A stretch of DNA of 64,000 nucleotides from an uncultured bacterium (lineage in GTDB: Bacteria; Babelota; Babeliae; Babelales; Babelaceae): assembly GCA_963819815.1 (NCBI GenBank), contig CAWFXL010000001.1:992001-1056000 (forward strand), given 5' to 3'. Positions 30,729-40,362 of this stretch are shown here, one piece after another. The notes under the pieces were generated by a model, which saw only the letters and a list, made by a program, of their open reading frames with translations, did no database searches and had not been told where the DNA came from. The position numbers were made by a program, and so were the translations under genes. The stretch's first letter is position 1. Each line of letters starts with the position of its first letter.

Positions 30729-31478
30729 TCAAATCTTCCGATTGAGCACAGCTACGGTAATTTGCCGATTCATAGATTCCCGGTTTCGCCTATTTGAGCA
30801 AAAGCCATCTACACAGATAGTGCAGGTATTATGGGAAAAGTCACATTGCTCAGGCTTCACCCCACACTCGAGGAGCTGCAGCTTATTGCACAAAGGAATA
30901 TCAAAATACAACTTCCCAGCCCGCTCTTGGAGGACCCTCTCTTGAAAAGAGAAATCCTTAAGATGCCCTCTAAAATCCTCTTGTACTTCATAGCAGCAGG
31001 ACTGAGCAGAGGGCCCAAAAAGAATCTGAATCTGCTCAAGATCAGTACCATATTCCTTTTGCATCCGTTGCAGCATATGTACTACCACTTTATGAACTGT
31101 TCCCATCCATCCAGCATGACACATGCCCATAACATTATGAGCCTTATCATACACTACTATAGGCAGACAGTCAGCAGTATATACCCCTAACCCCGTTTGT
31201 GCCCTCTTTGTTATCAGAAAGTCACCTTCAGGTTTATGGTGCATAAGAGTTGAAAGAGTCTCATCAGAAACAACTTCTCCAAGAGTACTGTGGATTTGCT
31301 TTAAAAAGATCAGGTCCTCAAGTTGCAGCTGCAACTTGATAGCACCTAAGGACTTCTCTTGCCAGAGCTCTTCCTTACGACATGGGGTCATCAAAAAATC
31401 TCTTGGAAGGCTCGATTGAGCATCTCCAAAATAGACGGAAAAAAAAGATGTCTTGTGTATGATCATAGGACCTTCCAT
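30729..31478 (-). CDS. pgeF: PgeF/YfiH-family peptidoglycan editing factor / purine nucleoside phosphorylase
   Basis: QIHS, EGDFLIT, TADCLPI, HAGWMG, GPSA..CCYEV, CTIC. Confidence 0.88.
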   Translation of the reverse strand: MEGPMIIHKTSFFSVYFGDAQSSLPRDFLMTPCRKEELWQEKSLGAIKLQLQLEDLIFLKQIHSTLGEVVSDETLSTLMHHKPEGDFLITKRAQTGLGVYTADCLPIVVYDKAHNVMGMCHAGWMGTVHKVVVHMLQRMQKEYGTDLEQIQILFGPSAQSCCYEVQEDFRGHLKDFSFQERVLQERAGKLYFDIPLCNKLQLLECGVKPEQCDFSHNTCTICVDGFCSNRRNRESMNRQITVAVLNRKI

Positions 31479-31610
31479 GAATTCATTAGCTCTATTTTAA
31501 AACAATCTATGGACAAATCAATGGCCGTGTCTCTTCCACTGAGTTGCCAAAAATCTCTCATCGCGGTACTATGAGTATCAGTATATCCTGAAACCATTAA
31601 GGAGCACACC

Positions 31611-32573
31611 ATGAAAAAGAAATTCATCTTTCTTAGAACTATAGTCCTTATATCATGTATTCTGCTCAATGGAGGAGCAGTCGGCTGTGTTATGTTCACC
31701 GGGGACAAAGCCGAGACCCCAATCCAGCTCCAAAAAATAGTACAAGGCGGAAAGCTTTCCTCTACTCTTCTTGAGATTCTTCAGATAACTAATATTAAGC
31801 ATGATGGAACGCTTGCTTCTATCGTAGAAGCGACCCAAAAAGACTGGCTTCGAAAAGCTGGTACTGAGCGTTGGGAAATGGATAATGCCCGTGAAGAACT
31901 TAAGCCTGCACTTGAGCCACTCTTTAAAAAATTAGGCATTATCGACGAAGTAGCCCCAACGGCAAAACAGTACACCTATGGGCTCATCCTTGGTGCTACT
32001 ATTACCTCGATGCGCGAAAGATTCGCATATGCTCTTGATCTCTGGAAAAAAGGTGTAGTGTTTACGCATCTTGTATTTCTTGTAGGGGAGCGACCACTTG
32101 ATCCTGTGAAAGAATCAGAAGCTATCCTCTATGATGCCCAGAATGTGTATCTCCCTTTTAGACCAGATTGGAAAAACCAGAATGTACAACCTAAGACAGA
32201 AACCGATGCAGCAAAGCTTCTTTTTGATCAAGCAAATCTCCCTAAAGAGTTTAAAGATTCGGTAAAGGTAACTTTCATAGATACTCCTATGCAAAAGCTT
32301 CCCGATGGCACCTTCAGAAGGCCAAATACAGGAGATACAGTGAATCTCTTTAAGCCGATGCTTGAAAAGACTCCGGGCACGATTCTTGCTATATCCAACC
32401 AGCCGTATGTAGGATATCAAGATGCGGTTACAAGAACCCTGCTCGCTGGATACTCTGTAGAAACGGTAGGTGCAAAAGCTAAAGGCAGTCTTCATATCGG
32501 TGTTACACTCGACAACCTTGCACGTTGGATCTATCAAGAACACCACTATCAACAATCACTCGCAAAAAAATAA
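31611..32573 (+). CDS. Exported/membrane-anchored hypothetical protein (possibly distant DUF218/YdcF-like Rossmann fold)
   Basis: AAGGAG SD, signal-like N-terminus; GLILGAT, GERPLD, TETD, RPNTGDT, ILAISNQPY. Family assignment is tentative. Confidence 0.6.
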   Translation: MKKKFIFLRTIVLISCILLNGGAVGCVMFTGDKAETPIQLQKIVQGGKLSSTLLEILQITNIKHDGTLASIVEATQKDWLRKAGTERWEMDNAREELKPALEPLFKKLGIIDEVAPTAKQYTYGLILGATITSMRERFAYALDLWKKGVVFTHLVFLVGERPLDPVKESEAILYDAQNVYLPFRPDWKNQNVQPKTETDAAKLLFDQANLPKEFKDSVKVTFIDTPMQKLPDGTFRRPNTGDTVNLFKPMLEKTPGTILAISNQPYVGYQDAVTRTLLAGYSVETVGAKAKGSLHIGVTLDNLARWIYQEHHYQQSLAKK

Positions 32574-32605
32574 ACATGTACCAGCTCTGACACCCTAAGA
32601 TGGTG

Positions 32606-33106
32606 TCAGAGCTTACCATTTGTCATACTTGGATACCATTCCAGGCTATATTGATCATAGGAAGATCCTGCTTTGCTGATATGATCCTTATAGAAAGCCT
32701 TCTTCACAAAGCCCATTTTTTCATAAAGTCTTATAGATATCTCTTGGGTAACTGTAACAAAGAGAAACAGCTTTTCCATGCTATTATTTCGTGCATATTC
32801 TTGGACCTGATAAACTAATGCCCTTCCAATCCCCTTTCCGCGGTATGATGGCTCTACCCAAAAAGAAATGAGCTGGCCGTTCGAGGAATTAATATCTTTG
32901 ATTAACCCTATCATTCCTATAATGCGATCATCTATTAAAGCGAACCACATATTACGTATAAAGTCACGCCATTGAGCCTCGTCAAAATGTAGCTCGTCTT
33001 CATAGTTGCCACCAAATGCAAGAGGATCTTCAAGCAAGCCCTTAAGCCTAATAGTTTTGAATCTCAGCCAAGATTCTTGAGAAAGTTGCAAGATCTTAAC
33101 GTTCAA
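32606..33106 (-). CDS. GNAT-family N-acetyltransferase
   Basis: WVEPSYRGKGIGRAL (motif A), LYEKMGF. Confidence 0.9.
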   Translation of the reverse strand: MNVKILQLSQESWLRFKTIRLKGLLEDPLAFGGNYEDELHFDEAQWRDFIRNMWFALIDDRIIGMIGLIKDINSSNGQLISFWVEPSYRGKGIGRALVYQVQEYARNNSMEKLFLFVTVTQEISIRLYEKMGFVKKAFYKDHISKAGSSYDQYSLEWYPSMTNGKL

Positions 33107-33525
33107 GGTATTCCTCTCAAAGCAATTTTAGAGTGGAAATGTCTCTTTTTTTGATACTCAGGATACTCATTTTGAGCAAAATATACATTTTGGCGATTAT
33201 GGCCCTGTCAATAACGCTTTACAGCGTTCAACGTGAAATCGACTTTTTTCATTTTGACGTCGAGGCAGGATTCTTCCATGCTTACAATGTGAGACTTCCA
33301 TCTCAGCATTGCCTGACTTGATGATGCGAAAGCGCGTACCGATATTCTTAATCATTCTACTCGTCATACGATTCAATATTTAAATAATTGCAATAAATCA
33401 TTCAACGGGCATAATTTCTTGTCAATCCACGAAAAAGGTCTCTAACCTGGCCAATAGGCCACCATTCAACATGTTCTTTCTCTTCTGGTATACTCCTAGT
33501 ATATGATTAACCATACTACCAGAAT

Positions 33526-36435
33526 ATGACTATGACCGCGCACAATAGATTTTTCACATTACTAGTATCTGTTCTCACTATACTGCCTCTTGTAGCTCTT
33601 AATGGCCAATCAGAAGGACCACGTGGGTGGCATCTGGTTAATACTACCGCAACACCAGTGGGTATTGCCTGGTATACCACTAAGACAGAGAGACACAGCA
33701 TCCAGCCCTCAGGTGAAGCAGTACAAAACTCCGAACCGATAATTATAGAGCAAGGGGAGTCCGAATTTATTAAAGCTCCTACCCATGATTCAGAGAATTT
33801 TCTTCAACTTGCTGTAACACAGAGCCCTGCATTGCTTAAACCGAACTTATCTTCCTCTACTAGTGGTATTGATGATAGGTTGGGAATTTTTATGTTTGAT
33901 AAAAAGACCCTTAAACTACTTAAAAAGCCCCTGCTCCAGTACCTTCCTTCAAACCCTAAGCTCTATATCACTCAGCCAGTGGGCTCAACGCAACTAATAC
34001 TCATTCCTAGCCCAAAGCCACTATCCCCTGAAAAACTCTGTGCAGAAGGCTGGTTACTGCGTAATGCAGCAAACCGACCATTGTATGCGGGATGGTACGT
34101 TTCCACATGGGATTCCAAGCAACACCTCTATAGGGAGCCTGCTCTTGGAACAGATCAAACTATTTTTATGCTAGAACCTGGAGAAAACGCACCAATGTGC
34201 CACCCTCGTGAAGTAAGAAATCAGAAGTGGCAACTGTTGATGTCTTTTGACAATGATTCTTTAACTAAAACGGTTGTCTACGATGCTGCAAAAAATCTTC
34301 CTCAGCGGATTGTGAGCAGAGTAAAGGTTGATTTAGGTCCTTATACAACTCGATGGGACATCTATGATCAGAAGGGATCCCCTTCTTTAGTTCCACATAC
34401 GCATCTTTTGCAATTCGTTAATACAACAAATAACCCACTCTACTGCGCTATGTATTATGTAGATTCATCAGGCGCTACCAAATATGGGCCACGTGATTAT
34501 GTAACAGAGATTCTACCACAGTTGAGTTGCGAAGTACCCTATCCCCCTCGCCTCTGGTGGCACACCACTAAGCTTTTGATTGCAAGAGAGGACCAAAAAC
34601 ATTTGCTCAATGAACCCTTTTTAACGCCAAACCAACTTACGAGCCTCCATATAAAAGATTTTCAGAAGAGTAGCTTCACCAATTGGTACATCGAAGCAGC
34701 TTTTGCTATCGAGCCACACAGATTTAACCCTGATTTGCTTCATGTAAGCTCTATCGGAGGCAGTCTTATTCAACGTCTTGCCCGACTTGCTGTTGATATG
34801 GACTCCTTTAAAGGGTCGCGTATTAAGAAATATGAAGAAGCCTTTCTACGCCAAGATCCCCGCTATATGCCTGATCCGGAGATCATCGCGGCAATGGGAC
34901 GCCCTTCAGTACTTACCGATCCTTCGCAAAGGACTATGGAAGAAGAGTTTGTTGTAAGGCGTAGTGAAATAGTACGCAATGCACTGAATAACCTTTTTGG
35001 TGAAGAAGTTATCCCTCAAGGAGCTTATGTTCCCAAAATTGCTATCGTATTTACCGGCGGCGGCTATCGAGCTATGATCGAAACTATTGGGTTTATAGAA
35101 GGTGCGGCCAGTGAACGGGGCGGTAATATTTTTGATTGCTGTACCTATGTAGCTGGACTATCAGGTTCTACCTGGGCCATTAATGGGCTTGTCGCGTCAG
35201 GACTTTCTCCGAGCGGTTTTGCGAAACACCAAAAACACAAAGTTGGTGAAGGCGGCCTGCTGCCACTTAAAACACTTATTAGCAACCTTATTGAACAGAG
35301 TGCTACCTATCCTGAACAGCGCTTCATTGAAAGCAGATATAATAAATTTCATGGACCTATCGGATTATATGGTCATGCCTTAACCCATGCTCTTTTGCAA
35401 GGATTTGAAATCGAAGGACGAGATGCTCATACGATGAAACTATCAGATCTTCGTACCAATTTAGCCAATGCAAAATATCCACTGCCTTTGAGTGTCGCGG
35501 TTGATCCAGGAAACTCTGATAAAGAAAGAGTCTGGTATGAGTTCAGCCCCTATTATTGTGGAACTTTACAAGAGCAAGGAAGCTGGATCGACACAAAGCT
35601 GCTCGGCTGCAGCTTCTATAAGGGCCGCCCTGTTCACATTGTTCCTGAGTATCCTCTTGCTCAGCACTTTGGGATTTGGGGTTCTGGCTTTGCACTCTCT
35701 CCTGAAGATATTGAAAAAGCTTCATCTTTTGGAGGATTTCTTACTCGTTCAATTTCCAATATAAGCAAAGGATTCTCAAAAGCCTATGCGTTACTTTTCT
35801 CTGAACCTTCAGATGACTCGCTGGCTCCTGGAAGAGTAACTGCAGGTACGATACCTAATTATAATTACCAAAGACCAGATGCTCTTGAAGGAATCGCTTC
35901 AAAGCCACTGCTCCACTTCATTGATGCAGGGATAACTATGGAAGGACAAGAGCGGCATAATTTTGGAACGATACCCGCTCTATGGCGCAATGTAGATATG
36001 CTCATTATGTGCGATTGTACAGGTTTCCCTAACGGCAATATGCACTCAGAATACCTATTTGCTGCAGATGAAGAAGCTAAACGACAACGATTACCGTTCC
36101 CTAACCTTACACGAAGCACACGACATGTGGCTACCCTTAAGAATGTAGACAAAGAGATCACTTCAGTATTTGTTGAAGAGAATGCACCCATCGTTGTGTA
36201 TATGCAAGCCAAGAAGAACAGACGGTACAATGGCTATTTAGCAGGAAGACCTGGTCCTTTCATGAATGGTTTTGATCCAGATTCCACCGTTACTGAATTT
36301 ACCTCATATGCTAACTTCAGCTATACGCCGGAGCAGTATGAGGTTCTTCGCGGTCTGACCAAATCTATCTTCATTCAAAGCAAAGAGGCGATAAAATCGG
36401 CCATCGCAAAAGCAGTAGAACGATCGATAAACTAG
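33526..36435 (+). CDS. Exported cPLA2/phospholipase B-like enzyme with three N-terminal beta-repeat domains
   Basis: Signal peptide; TGGGYRAM, AGLSGSTW, PLPL, WYEFSPY, FIDAG, RNVDMLI. Confidence 0.88.
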   Translation: MTMTAHNRFFTLLVSVLTILPLVALNGQSEGPRGWHLVNTTATPVGIAWYTTKTERHSIQPSGEAVQNSEPIIIEQGESEFIKAPTHDSENFLQLAVTQSPALLKPNLSSSTSGIDDRLGIFMFDKKTLKLLKKPLLQYLPSNPKLYITQPVGSTQLILIPSPKPLSPEKLCAEGWLLRNAANRPLYAGWYVSTWDSKQHLYREPALGTDQTIFMLEPGENAPMCHPREVRNQKWQLLMSFDNDSLTKTVVYDAAKNLPQRIVSRVKVDLGPYTTRWDIYDQKGSPSLVPHTHLLQFVNTTNNPLYCAMYYVDSSGATKYGPRDYVTEILPQLSCEVPYPPRLWWHTTKLLIAREDQKHLLNEPFLTPNQLTSLHIKDFQKSSFTNWYIEAAFAIEPHRFNPDLLHVSSIGGSLIQRLARLAVDMDSFKGSRIKKYEEAFLRQDPRYMPDPEIIAAMGRPSVLTDPSQRTMEEEFVVRRSEIVRNALNNLFGEEVIPQGAYVPKIAIVFTGGGYRAMIETIGFIEGAASERGGNIFDCCTYVAGLSGSTWAINGLVASGLSPSGFAKHQKHKVGEGGLLPLKTLISNLIEQSATYPEQRFIESRYNKFHGPIGLYGHALTHALLQGFEIEGRDAHTMKLSDLRTNLANAKYPLPLSVAVDPGNSDKERVWYEFSPYYCGTLQEQGSWIDTKLLGCSFYKGRPVHIVPEYPLAQHFGIWGSGFALSPEDIEKASSFGGFLTRSISNISKGFSKAYALLFSEPSDDSLAPGRVTAGTIPNYNYQRPDALEGIASKPLLHFIDAGITMEGQERHNFGTIPALWRNVDMLIMCDCTGFPNGNMHSEYLFAADEEAKRQRLPFPNLTRSTRHVATLKNVDKEITSVFVEENAPIVVYMQAKKNRRYNGYLAGRPGPFMNGFDPDSTVTEFTSYANFSYTPEQYEVLRGLTKSIFIQSKEAIKSAIAKAVERSIN

Positions 36436-36555
36436 GATCTTGAACCGAAAAGACCTAGTAACCGGACGTAAGAAACTACCCAAAGCCTTGTAGAAGAAAC
36501 CTTTTTATAGTATGTTGAAGCTGCATAAAAAGAAAAAAAGGTTCTCTACAGCGCT

Positions 36556-37941
36556 ATGAAGTACTTCATAAAAATTTTTAGTCTATTGCTCTTATCACAT
36601 GCCCTGCTCAATGCAGAAAGCTGCGTAAAGTGCTGCCCTCCTTTGCCCCCCGAAGACTGGACCTGTCGAGATAGAGCCATCTGGGAACAACCAGTATGTC
36701 CCCCCCCTTCTGGAAGACCTATCAGCTATAATCGCTTCCTTGAAGGAGCGGTAGTCAAGGTAAAGCCCTATGGCTATGTAAAATGGGAATCCTATTGGGA
36801 TACTCGACAGATAGCAGGATTCAGAGATGGCCAAGTGCTCCTGTTTCCACTTCCCGTTCTGCTTGATCCTTTGCGCATAGATATTAATGACCATGGCTTC
36901 TGGCAAATGACAGCGATTGAAACCCGAGTAGGCCTCGCTCTCTATGGCCCTGAATGGCACTGCATGAAAGTTACCGGTCTTATTGAAGCTGATTTTCGGG
37001 GAATTACCGATGTAACCATTGGGGAGTTTAGATTACGACATGCTCTTGGCTGTATTGCATGGGAAAGTGGTTCCTTCCTTTTTGGGCAATGGTGGCACCC
37101 TTTATACATTCTTGAATGTTTTCCACATACGATTTCATATAACATCGGTGCCCCTATGGATCCTCAGGCCCGAGAACCTCAACTCAAGCTTACTCAACGA
37201 TGGAAGTGGTTTGAGCTTATTTTAGCTATAGCTGCCCAAAGAGATTATGCCAGTAACGGCCCCATTGGTATTTCGACAACCTATATCAGTAACTCAGCAA
37301 CTCCAAATCTCCATCTGCAAATGCGAGCTTATGGCAATGACAACAATAATGTCATAGGAGCGGCCGTAGATTATTTGAGGCTCTGTCCACGCATTGAAAG
37401 CCTTACGGGATATAGCGTAGATGAATATATTGGAAGTGTTACCGTCGAAGCATTTGCTGCCTGTAGATACGCTCCTTGGTCATTACGATCAAAAGTCTTC
37501 TGGTCTGAAAATGGTAACGATCAGCTATTAATAAGTGGCTTTGGTGTACGAAGTGTTGAACCTATTACCGACAAGCGTACCTATAGCAATACCGCAGCAG
37601 TCGGCGCCTGGCTCGATTTTTCGTATCTATTTGGCTGCGATGATATAGAGCTCGGATTCTTTACTGGTTGGACCAAAAATCTAGGATCTCGACATCGTCT
37701 CTATATTGATCCCACAACCAAACAGCCGATCATTTATGCGCTTACTGCGTTTGGTCCGAGCCTTGAGTATGTTGCTCGGGTATCTCCTCGTTTTATTATT
37801 AAGAAAGATCCTATTCGCTTTGGCGCAGAGTTTGAGGTAACCCGCGCCGCCTTTGGCACCCTTAACTCCTGCGGTAAAGTAACTCATGGTATTCCTGTAA
37901 CGGGGTATCGTGTGCTGCTAGCAATCTATTATATGTTCTGA
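36556..37941 (+). CDS. DcaP-like outer-membrane porin, Cys-rich
   Basis: Signal peptide; KPYGYVK, TRVG, IEADF, FRLRHA, FGQWW, C-terminal YYMF; 12 Cys. Confidence 0.75.
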   Translation: MKYFIKIFSLLLLSHALLNAESCVKCCPPLPPEDWTCRDRAIWEQPVCPPPSGRPISYNRFLEGAVVKVKPYGYVKWESYWDTRQIAGFRDGQVLLFPLPVLLDPLRIDINDHGFWQMTAIETRVGLALYGPEWHCMKVTGLIEADFRGITDVTIGEFRLRHALGCIAWESGSFLFGQWWHPLYILECFPHTISYNIGAPMDPQAREPQLKLTQRWKWFELILAIAAQRDYASNGPIGISTTYISNSATPNLHLQMRAYGNDNNNVIGAAVDYLRLCPRIESLTGYSVDEYIGSVTVEAFAACRYAPWSLRSKVFWSENGNDQLLISGFGVRSVEPITDKRTYSNTAAVGAWLDFSYLFGCDDIELGFFTGWTKNLGSRHRLYIDPTTKQPIIYALTAFGPSLEYVARVSPRFIIKKDPIRFGAEFEVTRAAFGTLNSCGKVTHGIPVTGYRVLLAIYYMF

Positions 37942-38277
37942 AATTTTCTTACATTCGATCTCTTTTTTTACTGTTGCTCCATACCACATAGGACAGCGCA
38001 AAACTATGTTATATCTCTTTAGATTGGGTTTTCCCCTATTTTTCCAGACAATTTCACACCTACAAAAAATTTGTCTTATCTCTTGAAATAAAGAAGAGTT
38101 TTTTTATATGATGCCTATCGACGGAATTAATTTCTTGTTGATTACAACGTGGAGGTGTATCGATTATAACGCAAAGGCTCTTTGTATCTCTAGAGATACC
38201 TGTTATTAAAATATCTTAAAAAAAGGGCGGCAACCTTTCAATAATGAAAGACATTCTGCCAAAAAAAAGGAACAACT

Positions 38278-38871
38278 ATGAACATGTTTTCTAAAGTAAT
38301 GTCACTTGGGTTACTCGTAAGTCTCTTGGTATCTGTGCCTGCTTTTGCAGGAAAACACGATGAGCGCGATCGTGATGAAAAATGTTGCTATAATAAACAC
38401 AAGCATGACGAAAAATGCTGCAATGATAGACACGACCGTGATGAAAAATGTAGCCTTACAGGTGCTTATACTGCTCAAATGACCAAATCTGGCACTCAAG
38501 ATGATTTTGCTGTTGTTCAATTCAATGACGATGGCACACTGGTAATATCTGATACATTAGGCACCACAAGCCTGGGAGGTACTAATCTCTTTTCTACCAT
38601 ATACACAGGAACTTGGAAATGTGTTGGCAATCGTTGCTTCACATTTTGCGCTACAAGCATATTAGTCATGCCGGCAACACCAAAGAATATCGCATACCGT
38701 ACTAAAGTCTCTGGTACGATTTGCTTCGATCCAACATGCCAAATGGGTACAAGTACCGGTGATTTTACCCTTACTTTTTATGCTATTACGGATCTTACAT
38801 TGAAAAACCCACTTACAACCCCACCTCAATTAGATTTGGGTACTCTTGTTATACAGCGCCTAGCCTGTTAA
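38278..38871 (+). CDS. Exported protein with His/Asp/Cys micro-repeats and a beta-rich domain
   Basis: Signal ending PAFA; KHDERDRDEKCC-YNKHKHDEKCC-NDRHDRDEKC; LTGAY...FNDDGT...GTWK suggests a lipocalin-like barrel. Confidence 0.75.
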   Translation: MNMFSKVMSLGLLVSLLVSVPAFAGKHDERDRDEKCCYNKHKHDEKCCNDRHDRDEKCSLTGAYTAQMTKSGTQDDFAVVQFNDDGTLVISDTLGTTSLGGTNLFSTIYTGTWKCVGNRCFTFCATSILVMPATPKNIAYRTKVSGTICFDPTCQMGTSTGDFTLTFYAITDLTLKNPLTTPPQLDLGTLVIQRLAC

Positions 38872-38886
38872 CTAAGTAAAGCATGT

Positions 38887-38916
38887 CGACAGCCAAGAGA
38901 TTTTTCTTGGCTGTCG
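38887..38916 (+). terminator. Stem-loop after 38278-38871
   Basis: CGACAGCCAAGA/TCTTGGCTGTCG perfect 12-bp stem; no U tract. Confidence 0.55.
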
Positions 38917-39201
38917 GTACGTGTCAGAAGAATTACCATTAACTTATACTCTTAACTTGATATCCACTCGTTACAATTCTTGGGTGTATCTAGAGCAACC
39001 CAACAACAGTTGGTGATTTTTCATACCGTTCTGCTGCAATGCTAGGGAAGTTGGCTTCTTTACAAATCTGACAAAAAGCCTCAGATCTCGACATCATCAT
39101 ATAAGGCTTTTCCTTAAGCTCACCAGGCACCCCAAAACTATTGACTTAATGATGCGAAAAAGAGCACCCTAGGTCCATGACGAAATACCGAGTGGGCCAG
39201 T

Positions 39202-40362
39202 ATGAAACAAACTTTATTCTTATGCATTTTTACCGCCATACCCCTCGTAGGTGTGAAGGGCATTCATGTTGCTCAACCTATATCTCTTAATAACGTTGCT
39301 CATTTTGAGAGTAAGCGTTGTAAGCAACTGCTTCAAGAAGTAGTTCAGCAGCGCGAAAACAGTGGCTATGCAGGCCGTTTTGTTATGAAGCTCACTCCCT
39401 ACCCGGAAACTACCTTTGTGGTTTGGGGACCTTTAAAAGGATCCTATTCTTCCCTGATGCGCACGCTTAGCTCTATCCAAACGCTTGGTATTATTGATCA
39501 ATATCTAAAGATTGTGCACAAAGATACCTATCTTGTATTCAATGGGGATGCTATCAGCGACTCAGAGACTTCACTTGAAACTCTCATGCTCATCCTAACC
39601 TTAATGAAACTTAATCCTACTCAAGTACTCTATATCAAGGGGGAAGCAGAGCAGGAGCTCCAGTGGCAAAATGATGGCCTTAAAAAGGCGCTCCAGCAAA
39701 AATCATTGTCCTTTCCCGGTCAAAAGTCTTCTATAACTAAACTTATCTCCCGTTTTTTTAATACGTTGCCGCTTGCACTCTATATTACCGGAATAAATCC
39801 TCTTGATGGAGCTCTTCGTATTTCTTACTTTCCACGAACATCACGTGAAATCGATGAAACCCACTGTGGGAAAACTCTTACAAATGCCCTACTTAATGTT
39901 CCTCAGATCTGCTCCTTATCATCTTCAGAAAAAGCTCCTGTACCTATCAAGGCAACAATTACCAGTGAGCAGCGGCTCATGAGCTATCAACAGCATCCGG
40001 GACTTACTCTGGTAGAACCGGATAAAGGATCGGTTACCTGGAGCATTTTTTCAGGACCTACCCCACATTATCAACGAGAGTACCAATTTTTCAGGGACGC
40101 TTTTGCACTCATTAAAACGGGCAAAACGATCGATGAAGCACTGATCGAGCTCTACAGCGCAGATCTTCGTACAGGAGAAAATATTCATCTGGTAGGTTCA
40201 TATGATATTATGACCGGCATCGAAAGAAATCCACGACAACTATCTAAAAAACCAGCTCTCAACATAGACAAGAATATTATGTCGTTGTATACCCAGCTTG
40301 AGTCACTGATAGCACAGGCTACCCAGCTTACTGAGATGCTTATAGAGAGGGGAGCTACATGA
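39202..40362 (+). CDS. Exported PPP/metallophosphoesterase-fold protein with degenerate active site, plus C-terminal coiled coil
   Basis: Signal peptide. VWGPLKG (vs GDxHG), VFNGDAISDS (vs GDxVDRG), SLETLMLILTLMKLNPTQVLYIKGEAE (vs PP1-like SLETI.LL..K..YP.....LRGNHE). ATGA overlap with the next gene. Confidence 0.75.
   Translation: MKQTLFLCIFTAIPLVGVKGIHVAQPISLNNVAHFESKRCKQLLQEVVQQRENSGYAGRFVMKLTPYPETTFVVWGPLKGSYSSLMRTLSSIQTLGIIDQYLKIVHKDTYLVFNGDAISDSETSLETLMLILTLMKLNPTQVLYIKGEAEQELQWQNDGLKKALQQKSLSFPGQKSSITKLISRFFNTLPLALYITGINPLDGALRISYFPRTSREIDETHCGKTLTNALLNVPQICSLSSSEKAPVPIKATITSEQRLMSYQQHPGLTLVEPDKGSVTWSIFSGPTPHYQREYQFFRDAFALIKTGKTIDEALIELYSADLRTGENIHLVGSYDIMTGIERNPRQLSKKPALNIDKNIMSLYTQLESLIAQATQLTEMLIERGAT

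Noticed and set aside
38220..38262. Possible c-di-GMP-I riboswitch (AAAGGGCGGCAACC...hairpin) upstream of 38278
   Set aside because: No GNRA tetraloop, no ACGCAAAGC junction after the stem and no second stem; only a weak hairpin. An Infernal/Rfam scan would settle it.
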